Source: a virus | DNA: 64,000 bases | Reading direction: 5' to 3' (one strand) | Virus record (IMG/VR): IMGVR_UViG_3300042197_001007 | Part shown: positions 10,083 to 19,695 of the stretch, in pieces | How positions within the stretch are numbered: position 1 is the first letter of the stretch | Layout of the letters: each line of letters starts with the position of its first letter | Position numbers and translations under genes: made by a program | The notes under the pieces: model-generated | What the model saw: the letters and a program-made list of their open reading frames with translations, nothing else | Databases searched by the model: none | Told to the model about the DNA's origin: nothing

Positions 10083-10347
10083 CTGGCAAAACTTCGGGAT
10101 TAACTAAGTCCAATTCAAATAACACTGGATGGCATTCTTCAGCAATAAGATAGTCAGAATAACGAAAAATTTCGTCCATTGTATATTCTTGATTGAGTGC
10201 TGCTTCTGCCAAGATCCATTTGTCTTGTTTTTCCTGTTCTTCTAATATATCAAATGCGAACGGAATATTCTCAATATAATACATCAAAACGGGTTCATTG
10301 TCAACAAAGACATGCTTCCGAGTGATTGTATATCTGAAAACTGCCAT
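10066..10347 (-). CDS. Hypothetical protein (93 aa)
   Basis: ORF track; overlaps the cpeT start. Confidence 0.75.
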   Translation of the reverse strand: MAVFRYTITRKHVFVDNEPVLMYYIENIPFAFDILEEQEKQDKWILAEAALNQEYTMDEIFRYSDYLIAEECHPVLFELDLVNPEVLPDEPVS

Positions 10348-10390
10348 TACATTTGATCTCTCAAAATTTCCTGTTACTATTTAACAGGAA

Positions 10391-10463
10391 TACCCGTGGT
10401 CGGATTCGAACCGACACTGGAGGGATTTTAAGTCCCCTGTCTCTGCCGTTGGACTACACGGGC
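10391..10463 (-). tRNA. tRNA-Leu(UAA), short variable arm
   Basis: Loop CTTAAAA, 73 nt, A73. Confidence 0.85.
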
Positions 10464-10468
10464 ATAGG

Positions 10469-10541
10469 TGCTCCTTGAGGGGATCGAACCCACCTTAGCC
10501 GAATTATGAGTTCGGTGCATTCACCAGATTGCTAAAGGAGC
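10469..10541 (-). tRNA. tRNA with CAU anticodon (elongator Met or Ile2)
   Basis: GCTCCTT/AAGGAGC acceptor, loop CTCATAA. Confidence 0.85.
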
Positions 10542-10543
10542 GA

Positions 10544-10615
10544 TGGGGATGCTGGGAGTTGAACCCAGACTAACCCGTTATAAGCAGGCCGCTCTAACCA
10601 TTAAGCTACACCCCC
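10544..10615 (-). tRNA. tRNA-Ile(UAU)
   Basis: GGGGGTG/CATCCCC acceptor, loop CTTATAA. Confidence 0.85.
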
Positions 10616-10622
10616 ATGGGGT

Positions 10623-10748
10623 TCATATACTTAACAGTTTTTTCTTTAACGCCTGACGACGTGCTTTTGCTTGGCGTATCGCCTGTGGTTTCAGACTACG
10701 CTTCTGCTGCTTTTTGCTGTGATGCTGCCAGTTGGGAAGCGTAGTCAT
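10623..10748 (-). CDS. Small basic protein (41 aa, MTTLPNWQHHSKKQQKRSLKPQAIRQAKARRQALKKKLLSI)
   Basis: Manual translation; lies downstream of a sigma70 promoter with a GAGAA RBS-like site. Confidence 0.7.
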   Translation of the reverse strand: MTTLPNWQHHSKKQQKRSLKPQAIRQAKARRQALKKKLLSI

Positions 10749-10774
10749 TGTTCTCTGGTGTTCTGTATGTATGT

Positions 10775-10803
10775 ATAATACCCGATTATTGGGCGTTCGT
10801 CAA
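10775..10803 (-). promoter_or_regulatory. sigma70-type early promoter
   Basis: TTGACG-N17-TATTAT. Confidence 0.75.
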
Positions 10804-10926
10804 GGGCAGTGTGACAGTTGCTTTTCTGGCACTCTGCTGGGCAATAAATGCCCGAAGCTCTGGGCTTTCTTCCCATTCCCAGGTACGACCTTTCTTATCA
10901 ATCCATTGCTTTTTAGGATTACTCAT
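10786..10926 (-). CDS. Small hypothetical protein (46 aa, MSNPKKQWIDKKGRTWEWEESPELRAFIAQ..)
   Basis: Manual translation; AGAGGA RBS; lies downstream of the promoter at 10959-10987. Confidence 0.65.
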   Translation of the reverse strand: MSNPKKQWIDKKGRTWEWEESPELRAFIAQQSARKATVTLPLTNAQ

Positions 10927-10958
10927 ACTCTAATTTCCTCTGAACTTTGGACAGAGTT

Positions 10959-10987
10959 ATTGTACTCGGTTTCTGAGGTTATGTCAA
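10959..10987 (-). promoter_or_regulatory. sigma70-type early promoter
   Basis: TTGACA-N17-TACAAT. Confidence 0.8.
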
Positions 10988-10991
10988 GGGG

Positions 10992-12038
10992 TCAGTTGAG
11001 CAGGATCAGAGCACCTTTGATTGATACATCTGCTGTAGCAGTGATATTGACATCTGTTCCAGAAATAATATCAATACTTCCTGCGCCAGAACTAATCAGA
11101 ATATCTCCAGTAGCAGATGCCAAATCAATACCAGCAACGCCATAACCATAAAATCCACCGGTTGTTGCCGTAAATGTAATATCTTCTGTAGCAGCAGTAA
11201 ATCTAATGCCACCAAGAAGTGTGCTAACTTGATATGTTTCTGATCTATCTTTAATCAATGGAGGAACTGGTTTACCGCCAGCAACAACCTGTTGAGATGC
11301 TCCACCAACCCACTGTTTATAATCTCCAAGTATTTTCCAATTCACATGACCAGGAGAAACCCAGTTGACTGAAGCACGAGGATCAAATTGTAAGTTGGTT
11401 GTTTCGGATGCTCCAAAAGTCATCTTTTGACCAGATACAACTTCCTTATCATTTGTTGTAACTTTTTCTACATTTCCAGCGTATAATTCAATACTACCAG
11501 CACCATTATTAGCTTGTATTTTTACTGTTTGACCTGCTAAAATAAGTTCTTCTGCGGCAGATATAATAATTTTTTGTGCGTAAATGTGCCGTTCACTTCC
11601 AGTAGCACTTTCAATTACATCACCATAAGCAATAATGTTGAGTGCTTGCCCCTCTCCATCAGTTCCAGCACTATATTCAATATCAGTTCTTTCAAGATGT
11701 TGTTGTTGCTGACCGTATGTTTTGATTGATAATTTGCCACTACCAGCACCAATTTCAGGATCATGAATTCCTGTTACAATCTTAATGCTACCAGTATTAT
11801 CAAATGTAATAAATCCATCACTTGGACCATCAATACGCAAAGCACATGTCTGCCCATCAGGAAACATTCTTTCATAGATTTCAGATCTAGTTAGAGCTCC
11901 TTTATACCAAGTGTTGTATCTTGGTTTATCAGTTAATTCCTGAGTTTCATCTGGTGTAGTTGGTTTTGCTGGACCATTTGTGTATAAGGTATCATATACT
12001 CTTTTACTGGCAGCATAAGAATAATTCGTCATGGGCAA
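10992..12038 (-). CDS. Baseplate spike protein (gp5 C-terminal-like beta-helix)
   Basis: Beta-helix-like repeats (DVNITATADVSIKGALILLN); ATGA coupling to gp5. Confidence 0.65.
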   Translation of the reverse strand: MPMTNYSYAASKRVYDTLYTNGPAKPTTPDETQELTDKPRYNTWYKGALTRSEIYERMFPDGQTCALRIDGPSDGFITFDNTGSIKIVTGIHDPEIGAGSGKLSIKTYGQQQQHLERTDIEYSAGTDGEGQALNIIAYGDVIESATGSERHIYAQKIIISAAEELILAGQTVKIQANNGAGSIELYAGNVEKVTTNDKEVVSGQKMTFGASETTNLQFDPRASVNWVSPGHVNWKILGDYKQWVGGASQQVVAGGKPVPPLIKDRSETYQVSTLLGGIRFTAATEDITFTATTGGFYGYGVAGIDLASATGDILISSGAGSIDIISGTDVNITATADVSIKGALILLN

Positions 12039-14881
12039 TCAACGTAACGTCCAGTTCCAATCTTCGTAGAACCAATGGTGGATAGTGCTTCTGTATCTAG
12101 GCAAGCAAGAGATGGAAGAAGTTTTGCTCCATATCCACCGCCACCAACAACAACGATTTCTGGGAATTTATCAAAAGTTCTTGTTCTGTCTAAAACTCTT
12201 GCTCCGATCACAAATCCATTGTCATCAAGCAATGCTTCGGCAACACCAAGTTCACCATTCACATACAAATCTGGAGTTTTTGTATATCCAATGCCTGGTC
12301 TAATCACAGTAAAAGCATCAATAATACAACGGACACCATTATCTGTTGCTAAGTTTTTACGATAACCGTAACCACTTGACTTCACACGAATTTCTGTAAT
12401 AAATCCATTTTGATCTAAAAGTGCGGTAGCAGTGGCTCCAAATCCTTCCCCACCAATGAACACATAAGGAGGTTCTGCCCAGGGAGAACCAGAATTATCA
12501 ATTGGTATCTCAATAATTCCACCATTATCATCAGTAATAATTTTGTTTGTATCTACTGTTGGTTCTACAAATCCTGTAAAGACAGTTTCTGGACTGTCGC
12601 CAACTGATGTATCAAAATCTTCAAGGTTTGCTCCATTTCCATCATTTGGAAGAATTAATACACTCACAGCAGCGCCAGTGCCATTGATTGTGAATGTTAA
12701 TGTCTCTTCATCCTCTGGTGTGTTGTCTTCTTCTATTCCAACTGTTACATAGGCAATGTTGTTATTGATAACAAAACTTCCCGTAAGATTTCCTCCAATA
12801 ATATCTTCTGATGTTATACCATCGCCAGATAATGTATAATAAGCAATTGTGCCACTCTGTACATTTGTTGTGGTAATTGTATAAATGACGAACTCTCCTT
12901 CTTTAACTGTGCTTCTATCTGAAGTGACCTTATAAGTAGGACTTAATTCGCTGTTTGATTGTGAAGGATCTTTGGTTCCAGGACCATCAGTTAGAATATC
13001 AACTTCATCGGGAGGAAATACATCAGGAAGTGATCCTGTTGGGTTTACATCTTTTGGTACATATGGATTTCCTGGTTCTAAAATATTTCTTTCAACAATA
13101 CGACATCTGCCAATGTTCTTAGCAAAGTTAGTTTTTATTCCTCCAGTTGGAGTTGGTGTATTCAATGAAAGGGAAATAAAGAAATCTTCATCACTTTCTG
13201 ATTGAACATTATAAAATGTTTTGATTGTGATTTGTTTTGTTGTTTCATTTGGAGCAAATCCTAAAATTCCCTGATCAGAATAATAATCTGTTCCTGGTGT
13301 AGCTGTTCCTTTCGTTAAAGTTTTGTATGTAACAGAAGAAGATCCAACAGTGTATCCAGATCTCGTCACCGTAAATGTGGCATCCCCTCCCTCTTCAACT
13401 TCAATATCATCAATTGTATAATTGATTTTTGGTGCTTGAGTTGTAGATCCACTACCTCCTGGCAATGGAACACCGCCAGTAAAACCAATTGTAGTAATTG
13501 CTAATGGACCACCAGCATATGCTTCAGCACATGTGTATTGTGTATAGTCAGCACCAGTTGCTGGAAATAGATTATCAATACTGGACAATAATCCATCTAA
13601 AAAGTCTTCGTCATTCTCTCCTTCTTTCTTACTTCCGTCAACACAGACACGCTTGTATTTCGCACAAGTTTGATCTGGACCAGAACAAGAGATACCAAGC
13701 AAGTTTAATACAAAGCTGATTGCTCCGCCAATAATATCTAATGGTCCAGCAATTGTTTGTAAGATTGCTTGTAGCGGACCCAAAACAGCATCTAACAATT
13801 CATTCATTAACGAATTTATCTTAGAAAGAATGCCGTTGACAAGTGTATCAATCTGACAAACAGCAGCACGATAAATCTGATTGACAAGATCCATCAATAC
13901 ATTTGTTAACCACTCCGCCAAACGATCTCCAAGATCTGCCATTCTACATCCAAGATCTTTCAGAAGATTGTTAAACCATTGCGTTACTGGTGTTAGAACA
14001 TTACCTTCTTCTGATGGATAAATTAATGCCTTGATTAAATCGTTGACTGCTGCTTTCAATTTATCAATAATAAATCCTTTAACTTTAGCAATGAAATGGT
14101 TGATTACTCTCAAAAATTTGTTAATATATCTTCTTACAATATTAACACTGCTATAAACTACTCCCGTTGATTTGTTAATAAGATATGATCCGATGTTTCC
14201 ACCGTTGTTCTTCAATTCATTGAATAACTCAGAAAGAATACTTGTTGCTTTTGTTTTGATGTCTTCTTTAGAACACTTTTCTGCGACTGTTTGGCACCAG
14301 TTTTCTCTATTTGGTCCTTCGTTTGTTCTTGGAGATACTGGAACTCTTGGTTTACCATCTTTTCCTATTGTACCGTCTGGTAATCCACCAGTGCTTTTAT
14401 TTGTCTCTGATGATTGACCGCCTTGTGGATTTTCTGGTGCTGGTAGCCCATCTGTTGCTGGATTTACCGTTGGTGGAATAGCAGTTATAAATGGCAGATC
14501 ATCTGGTCTGGCATTTTTAACGATCGTTGTAGCACCAGGAGTTTGACCAATTGAACCCATGATGATAGGTTTTTGTCTTTCTGGATCTAAGTAAAATCCA
14601 ACAACCCAACATCCTGGTTTTAGTTGTGAGTTTGCTCCACCTTCATTTCCTGGCATGAATGGAACGTTCACAGGCATCATGACATTACACCATGGCAAAT
14701 CCTTAGTCGGCAATAACTCAAAGCTCTGTGGATGCTCGCCAACAATTCTTACCTTGTAGCGAGTTCCTCCCTTGTTATTTGGTTCATCAGCGGCAGTTCC
14801 TTCTACTTGACCTACCCACCAATTAAAACCATCGCTTCCAATTCTGTTAATTGGATATATTTGAGCTAATGCCTGATCCAT
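12029..14881 (-). CDS. gp5: Baseplate hub protein gp5 (OB-fold N-terminus, Calx-beta domain)
   Basis: FNWWVGQVE..RYKVRIVGEH..LPW..GCWVVGFYLD..QKPIIMG; Calx-beta motif VEEGG..TVTRSG..TATPGTDY. Confidence 0.85.
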   Translation of the reverse strand: MDQALAQIYPINRIGSDGFNWWVGQVEGTAADEPNNKGGTRYKVRIVGEHPQSFELLPTKDLPWCNVMMPVNVPFMPGNEGGANSQLKPGCWVVGFYLDPERQKPIIMGSIGQTPGATTIVKNARPDDLPFITAIPPTVNPATDGLPAPENPQGGQSSETNKSTGGLPDGTIGKDGKPRVPVSPRTNEGPNRENWCQTVAEKCSKEDIKTKATSILSELFNELKNNGGNIGSYLINKSTGVVYSSVNIVRRYINKFLRVINHFIAKVKGFIIDKLKAAVNDLIKALIYPSEEGNVLTPVTQWFNNLLKDLGCRMADLGDRLAEWLTNVLMDLVNQIYRAAVCQIDTLVNGILSKINSLMNELLDAVLGPLQAILQTIAGPLDIIGGAISFVLNLLGISCSGPDQTCAKYKRVCVDGSKKEGENDEDFLDGLLSSIDNLFPATGADYTQYTCAEAYAGGPLAITTIGFTGGVPLPGGSGSTTQAPKINYTIDDIEVEEGGDATFTVTRSGYTVGSSSVTYKTLTKGTATPGTDYYSDQGILGFAPNETTKQITIKTFYNVQSESDEDFFISLSLNTPTPTGGIKTNFAKNIGRCRIVERNILEPGNPYVPKDVNPTGSLPDVFPPDEVDILTDGPGTKDPSQSNSELSPTYKVTSDRSTVKEGEFVIYTITTTNVQSGTIAYYTLSGDGITSEDIIGGNLTGSFVINNNIAYVTVGIEEDNTPEDEETLTFTINGTGAAVSVLILPNDGNGANLEDFDTSVGDSPETVFTGFVEPTVDTNKIITDDNGGIIEIPIDNSGSPWAEPPYVFIGGEGFGATATALLDQNGFITEIRVKSSGYGYRKNLATDNGVRCIIDAFTVIRPGIGYTKTPDLYVNGELGVAEALLDDNGFVIGARVLDRTRTFDKFPEIVVVGGGGYGAKLLPSLACLDTEALSTIGSTKIGTGRYVDCP

Positions 14882-14886
14882 ATCAC

Positions 14887-15099
14887 TCAGCTATCATAAA
14901 TTTTACATTCTGGAGCATCTGGATGAGCATCACAAAATAGATCCAATGCGGTTGGATCTTCATGTTTGTCTGGATGATTTTGTTTGTAAGCTTCCAATGC
15001 TGCTAACTCTTCTTCAATGTGCCTACGTGATTGTGACGACGTTTGTGGATCATCAAGAATTAATTTGTCTCTCTCTATATGTTGATCAATACTATCCAT
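14887..15099 (-). CDS. cp12: CP12 Calvin-cycle regulator
   Basis: C-terminal FCDAHPDAPECKIYD CP12 motif and ..RRHIEEEL..; start at the internal ATG. Confidence 0.85.
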   Translation of the reverse strand: MDSIDQHIERDKLILDDPQTSSQSRRHIEEELAALEAYKQNHPDKHEDPTALDLFCDAHPDAPECKIYDS

Positions 15100-15119
15100 A
15101 TTGGTTACCTGCCAATACA

Positions 15120-16538
15120 TTATTTAGTGCCATGCTGTGATACTCGGTTCTTAATTCCATGAGTATCTCTAGCAAGACGAAGGGTTGTGGTAAATCTACC
15201 GTTTGATCCAACCAATGTATTGTATTCGTGAGTTACTTCCATGACAAGATACACACCACTGTTCTCTGGATCAAAAGGATCTTTCTTGGCAGTCTCTGAT
15301 GGTAACTTGTTAATAATTCTGATATCTACCTTATCTCCCGCACAAATCTTTGAGTTGCCAGGAATAACCGCCGTTGCTGTCTGATTTGATAAAGTATCAT
15401 ATCTTACGATTGACTGAGCAGCAAATTCTAAATGTCTATCAGCATATGGAGAAGGACTGGTGCTTCCATCTTTATCATATGGAGATGCTGGAGTTTGATC
15501 GTTATACCAAGTTTCATGATCTAACAAGAATGACATTATTCCAGTTGGATAATCTGCCAGAGTTTTATTGTTGCCAACTTTGATTAAAGATGGTTCTTCT
15601 TGACTTCCAAGATGCTTCATATCTTCAAATGCGTCTTTCATACTATAAACATACTCATCATACTGACCAGTTGAATGATTGAAGAAACACATTTTCGTTG
15701 AATATCTTCCCATTCTGAGACCAGTAATCAAATCAATTTCAGATCCGTAAGTTATGCTTGAAATTGTAAATCTGTCATCTGCTCCATCTGATTGATTGAC
15801 AATCTTTTCAACATATGGACCCCATGGTTTTCCATCATAAGCAGGAGTTGATGTTTCTGAACATAGTGTATCAACTGAAAAGAAATTAAAACCTCTTCTA
15901 TTTTCCCAGAAGAAATATCCAGCACTTCCAGAAACTTTTTGTTCTTGTTCTTGAGTTGGTGTGTTTGAAGTATTTGATGAAGTTTTTGGTTTTGGATTTA
16001 TAGCTGGAACACTCTTTGCCATTAACATTGATGCCACATCAAAAACTCTTCTTCTCGCAGCAATCAATCTTGTGGAAAAAAGACATGGTTCCGAATAAAA
16101 TGTCTTTTGTGTTTTCAATATTTCTTTCAGCATCTTTGCGATGATCTCATCTGGTTTTCCTTCCAGCGGTTGAACAATTCTGGCAAATTCATCATTCAAT
16201 GCTTCTTCCGAAACCAATCCTAATGTATATGCTTGATCTTGGTTCTTGACATATCTATTAGCAATTTTCCAGACACGCATTGTATATTCAAGTCCATCGG
16301 GATCAGCATTTGTTTTTACCTTAGCTCTTACAATTTCTCCACCCTGAATTGGCAACTTATTCAATAGACCGCCGCTATCAACGACGATCATTGATCCCAT
16401 CACACAAGGATAATCCACGCTTTCAATATAAGAGAATACTTGAACAAGTTGCTTGATTTGATATCCCTTGGATCCATCACCTGGGGAAATTATGACACTT
16501 GAAAGTTGGAAGTCAGTTGTTGATTGAAATTCTGCCAT
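15120..16538 (-). CDS. Baseplate hub protein (gp27-like)
   Basis: Position between tape-measure-like gene and gp5; motifs GYFFWEN..GFNFFSVD, IPGNSKICAGD..SGVYLV. Confidence 0.65.
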   Translation of the reverse strand: MAEFQSTTDFQLSSVIISPGDGSKGYQIKQLVQVFSYIESVDYPCVMGSMIVVDSGGLLNKLPIQGGEIVRAKVKTNADPDGLEYTMRVWKIANRYVKNQDQAYTLGLVSEEALNDEFARIVQPLEGKPDEIIAKMLKEILKTQKTFYSEPCLFSTRLIAARRRVFDVASMLMAKSVPAINPKPKTSSNTSNTPTQEQEQKVSGSAGYFFWENRRGFNFFSVDTLCSETSTPAYDGKPWGPYVEKIVNQSDGADDRFTISSITYGSEIDLITGLRMGRYSTKMCFFNHSTGQYDEYVYSMKDAFEDMKHLGSQEEPSLIKVGNNKTLADYPTGIMSFLLDHETWYNDQTPASPYDKDGSTSPSPYADRHLEFAAQSIVRYDTLSNQTATAVIPGNSKICAGDKVDIRIINKLPSETAKKDPFDPENSGVYLVMEVTHEYNTLVGSNGRFTTTLRLARDTHGIKNRVSQHGTK

Positions 16539-16540
16539 GT

Positions 16541-19501
16541 TTATCTCCTGGCAGCCTTCCAATTAAACAAAGTATTAGAAGCAGTTGCTCCAGGAGACAG
16601 AGAATTGCTCATTGGAGATGCTTGTTGACCACCAGGACCACCATAAATGTTATTAATGATGTTGCCAGTTGGGGTATTCATTCCCATTGCCATCATTGAT
16701 ACTTGACCAGATGCTTGTGCTAAACTTGCTCCAGTATTTTGATTTGCTGGTGCCGCTTTTAATTTAGCAGCATTTTCTCTCATAATAGCAGATTTATCTT
16801 TAGGTGGCGCAGATGCTGTTGGAGTTGGAGTTCCAACTGGTTTTCTTCCTTTTGCTGCCAAACCACCAGGCATTCTATAAATCTTGCCCTTTCCACCATA
16901 ATAAGAATTATAAGCAGCAATAGTATCAACCCAACTAAACTGTGCTCCACTTGAAGAATTGGAAATCACTTTTCCATCTGGTGTTATAACTCCAATATGT
17001 TTCTGACCAGGAGCAACATAAAGATCTCCAGCTTGTGGAGAAGATACTTGAGAATATCCAGCCTTTATCATCATTTCTTCTGCTGTAGGAACATATTCAG
17101 ATGTTCCCCATGGAGTAGGAATACCAGCTTTAGCAAATACTTTATTTACCGCCCACACACAAGCATTCCTGCCTCCACTGGGACCAGATCTGCTAGACAT
17201 TCCTTTCATAGAAGCAGCTGCTTGTGCTAAAGCAGCAGCACCACCAGATCCTCCCGATACTGGAAATTCTGGAGCGGCAGAAACTGCGTTTAAGGAAGCA
17301 GCTTTAGTTCCTTGTGCTGCTCCAAAGAAATAATTTCCGCCCTGAGATCTTCTTCTTGATCCCGCTGTTTGATATCCCCTGAATGACATTGCTCCACCAA
17401 CAAATTGAGCAGACGATTTTGACATTGCTCCGCTTGTTTCAAAATCAGCAAGAACTTTAGATGCTTCTGATCCACTACCAGCACCAAATAATTTTTGAAG
17501 TTCTGCTAATCCATTTGGTTTTCCAGCAATTTCTAAAAGTTTTGCTTTTCTTTCAGCAGCATTTTTTCCTAATTTTTCTCGGATTTTTCCATATTTGGCA
17601 TCTGCGGCGTCATCTCCTGTTTTTCTGTCGTAGATGGCAGCAGCAAATGGACTAAATTGACCTTGTGCTGTGATTTGATCAAATAAAGTAGTTCCATATG
17701 CCTTCATGGAACCACCAGATTTTGCGTTAGCAGTTCTATTCAACATTACTTGGAAAGTGTCAGCAGCAGTTTGACCACCTCCACCTTCTAAAGTAGATAA
17801 AAATGCTGCGGCATTTCTCTCAGCAGTACTGCCTCCAATGCCACCATCCAAATAATCTGCTGGGTTACCATTAGGAGCAGCTTGAGCAGATCCTCCCATC
17901 AAAGAAGTTAAAGTTCCTCCAAAAAGAGCACCAAGAACACCAGTGACTTTACTAAAAACCTTAATCAAACTTTTTCCTAACTGATCTCCACCACCTTCAT
18001 TTTCATAATACTGTTTTAGTCCTTGGGATTGAATTCTAGCAAAATCTCTACTATTTGCTTTTTGAGCATCAATCATTCCTTCACCAAACAATTTAAACAT
18101 TTGTTTGGATTTTGCTTTATCTCCACCAACTAAACCACCTTCAGCGTATCCTTTGCCTCCAGTTGGTTTGTTGGCTCCACCTCCCATTGCGTTCATTGCC
18201 AATAATGTTCCTCTACCCCAGGCATTACCAGCAGAGTTGCTCATCACAACTTCTCCTTCATCGGCACGAATGGGAACATCATCAACAACACTCTTCTTAC
18301 CACCAGTAACAAGACCACCTCTAGCCATTCCAGAAGCAGCATCCTTTGCCATCAGAGCAGCATCAATACCAAGAGACGCTGCTGTTCCAAAACCAGGAAC
18401 CGTGCTTGCTGCCCCTGATGCCAATTCCATTCCGGCACCCGCCCAGTCGCCTCTCATTGCTCTACCAGCAGCAAATAGTCCACCAAGACCCAATCCAAGC
18501 AATGGAATTTTTTTACCAGCAATACCGAGTGCCTTTAGACCCAATTTGCCAGCAACCTTAGATCCCATCTTGGCACCTTGTTTTCCAGCAACCTTTGCTC
18601 CATAGCGAGTTGCCATTCTACCAATACCACGTTTTGCTATAGCATTCGCTGCTACCTTACCACCAAGTCCAAGACCAGGACCACCACCAGCACCTCCGCC
18701 CATTCCTCCTTGAGCAGCATTTCCTCCCAATTGAATACCACCAGATGGAGTAATAAATCCAGAATTATCTGCTGCCCCCTCTAATGCCTTTTCTTCTTCT
18801 CTAGCTAATGCTCTATTTGCTAAAGTATCTGCTTTTGCTGCTTCCTTATCAGAAATTTGTTTCTGTGCTGCTGTTTGTGCTTTTACAGCATCAACAAGAG
18901 ATGTTACTACTTTAGTAAGATTTTCTACCGATCCTACAACTGCTTCATCACCTTTAGTTATCAAAGAAGCACTTGAAATGCCAGAAGCTCCAGCAGATGC
19001 TACACTCGCAGTAGCATTCATCTGTGATTTTGATTTTTTCAGATAATCTTTTCTTTCTTCCGAACTTAAATATCTGCCAGTTTCTGGATCTACACCAGTT
19101 TGTGCTGCTTTGAAAAATACTTCACTATCTAATTTTTTGGGAGCAGCAGAAATACCAGGAATATTTGTAAATGTTCCACCTTTTGATGGAGCAGCAGGAG
19201 GTAACGCAGGTCTTCCTTGAGCAACAATATTACTTGAACCAGCACCAATCATTTTGGCAACTGGAGAACCTTTAAGCATAGTTGCTGCTTTTGGTTCTTG
19301 TTTTTGCCCTACTTCAGTAACTCTTACTGCTTTTACTGATGGATCATAGATATCTGGTTTTGGAGTTGTTGCTAATGCGCCACCTTTTTCTTTTTCTTCT
19401 TTCTCTTCTTTCTCTTTGTTTAATTTTTTCCACAACCATTCAACGTTTTTCCAGAAGTTATCTCCTGATACTGGTGTAGGTGTAAGAAAACCGTGTGCCA
19501 T
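16541..19501 (-). CDS. Tape-measure / baseplate hub-like protein with cell-wall hydrolase domains
   Basis: Ala/Gly-rich helical region, SleB-like QVMLNR..QGQFSPF, CHAP/NlpC-like NACVWAVNKV..HIGVI. Confidence 0.65.
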   Translation of the reverse strand: MAHGFLTPTPVSGDNFWKNVEWLWKKLNKEKEEKEEKEKGGALATTPKPDIYDPSVKAVRVTEVGQKQEPKAATMLKGSPVAKMIGAGSSNIVAQGRPALPPAAPSKGGTFTNIPGISAAPKKLDSEVFFKAAQTGVDPETGRYLSSEERKDYLKKSKSQMNATASVASAGASGISSASLITKGDEAVVGSVENLTKVVTSLVDAVKAQTAAQKQISDKEAAKADTLANRALAREEEKALEGAADNSGFITPSGGIQLGGNAAQGGMGGGAGGGPGLGLGGKVAANAIAKRGIGRMATRYGAKVAGKQGAKMGSKVAGKLGLKALGIAGKKIPLLGLGLGGLFAAGRAMRGDWAGAGMELASGAASTVPGFGTAASLGIDAALMAKDAASGMARGGLVTGGKKSVVDDVPIRADEGEVVMSNSAGNAWGRGTLLAMNAMGGGANKPTGGKGYAEGGLVGGDKAKSKQMFKLFGEGMIDAQKANSRDFARIQSQGLKQYYENEGGGDQLGKSLIKVFSKVTGVLGALFGGTLTSLMGGSAQAAPNGNPADYLDGGIGGSTAERNAAAFLSTLEGGGGQTAADTFQVMLNRTANAKSGGSMKAYGTTLFDQITAQGQFSPFAAAIYDRKTGDDAADAKYGKIREKLGKNAAERKAKLLEIAGKPNGLAELQKLFGAGSGSEASKVLADFETSGAMSKSSAQFVGGAMSFRGYQTAGSRRRSQGGNYFFGAAQGTKAASLNAVSAAPEFPVSGGSGGAAALAQAAASMKGMSSRSGPSGGRNACVWAVNKVFAKAGIPTPWGTSEYVPTAEEMMIKAGYSQVSSPQAGDLYVAPGQKHIGVITPDGKVISNSSSGAQFSWVDTIAAYNSYYGGKGKIYRMPGGLAAKGRKPVGTPTPTASAPPKDKSAIMRENAAKLKAAPANQNTGASLAQASGQVSMMAMGMNTPTGNIINNIYGGPGGQQASPMSNSLSPGATASNTLFNWKAARR

Positions 19502-19695
19502 TAGCGTTGTGCTGCTCGTTCTTGTTCTTGTTTAACTTGATCCAGATACTGCATCAGGAGAGTAGTATAAACCTGCCTCTCCCAAGGCATCATATTTTCA
19601 ATGTCAGTCAAGCTATATTTATGGTGCTGCATCAAGGCAAAGTTAGTTTTATAGTACCCTTCCAAACTATTATGGAAGAGTGCTATCCGAAAAAA
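19501..19695 (-). CDS. gp51: gp51-like baseplate/tail assembly protein, probably reached by -1 frameshift from gp26
   Basis: Reads RIALFHNSLEGYYKTNFALMQHHKYSLTDIENMMPWERQVY; no ATG before MQHH; TAATG coupling to the next gene. Confidence 0.8.
   Translation of the reverse strand, partial: FFRIALFHNSLEGYYKTNFALMQHHKYSLTDIENMMPWERQVYTTLLMQYLDQVKQEQERAAQR
19656..19695 (-). promoter_or_regulatory. Putative -1 ribosomal frameshift signal (gp26/gp51)
   Basis: U UUU UUC at 19695-19689, 7-nt spacer, stem ACUCUUCCA/UGGAAGGGU. Confidence 0.65.

Noticed and set aside
12029-12038. Frameshift between the two gp5 parts
   Set aside because: Ordinary ATGA start/stop overlap, with no slippery heptamer or stem.
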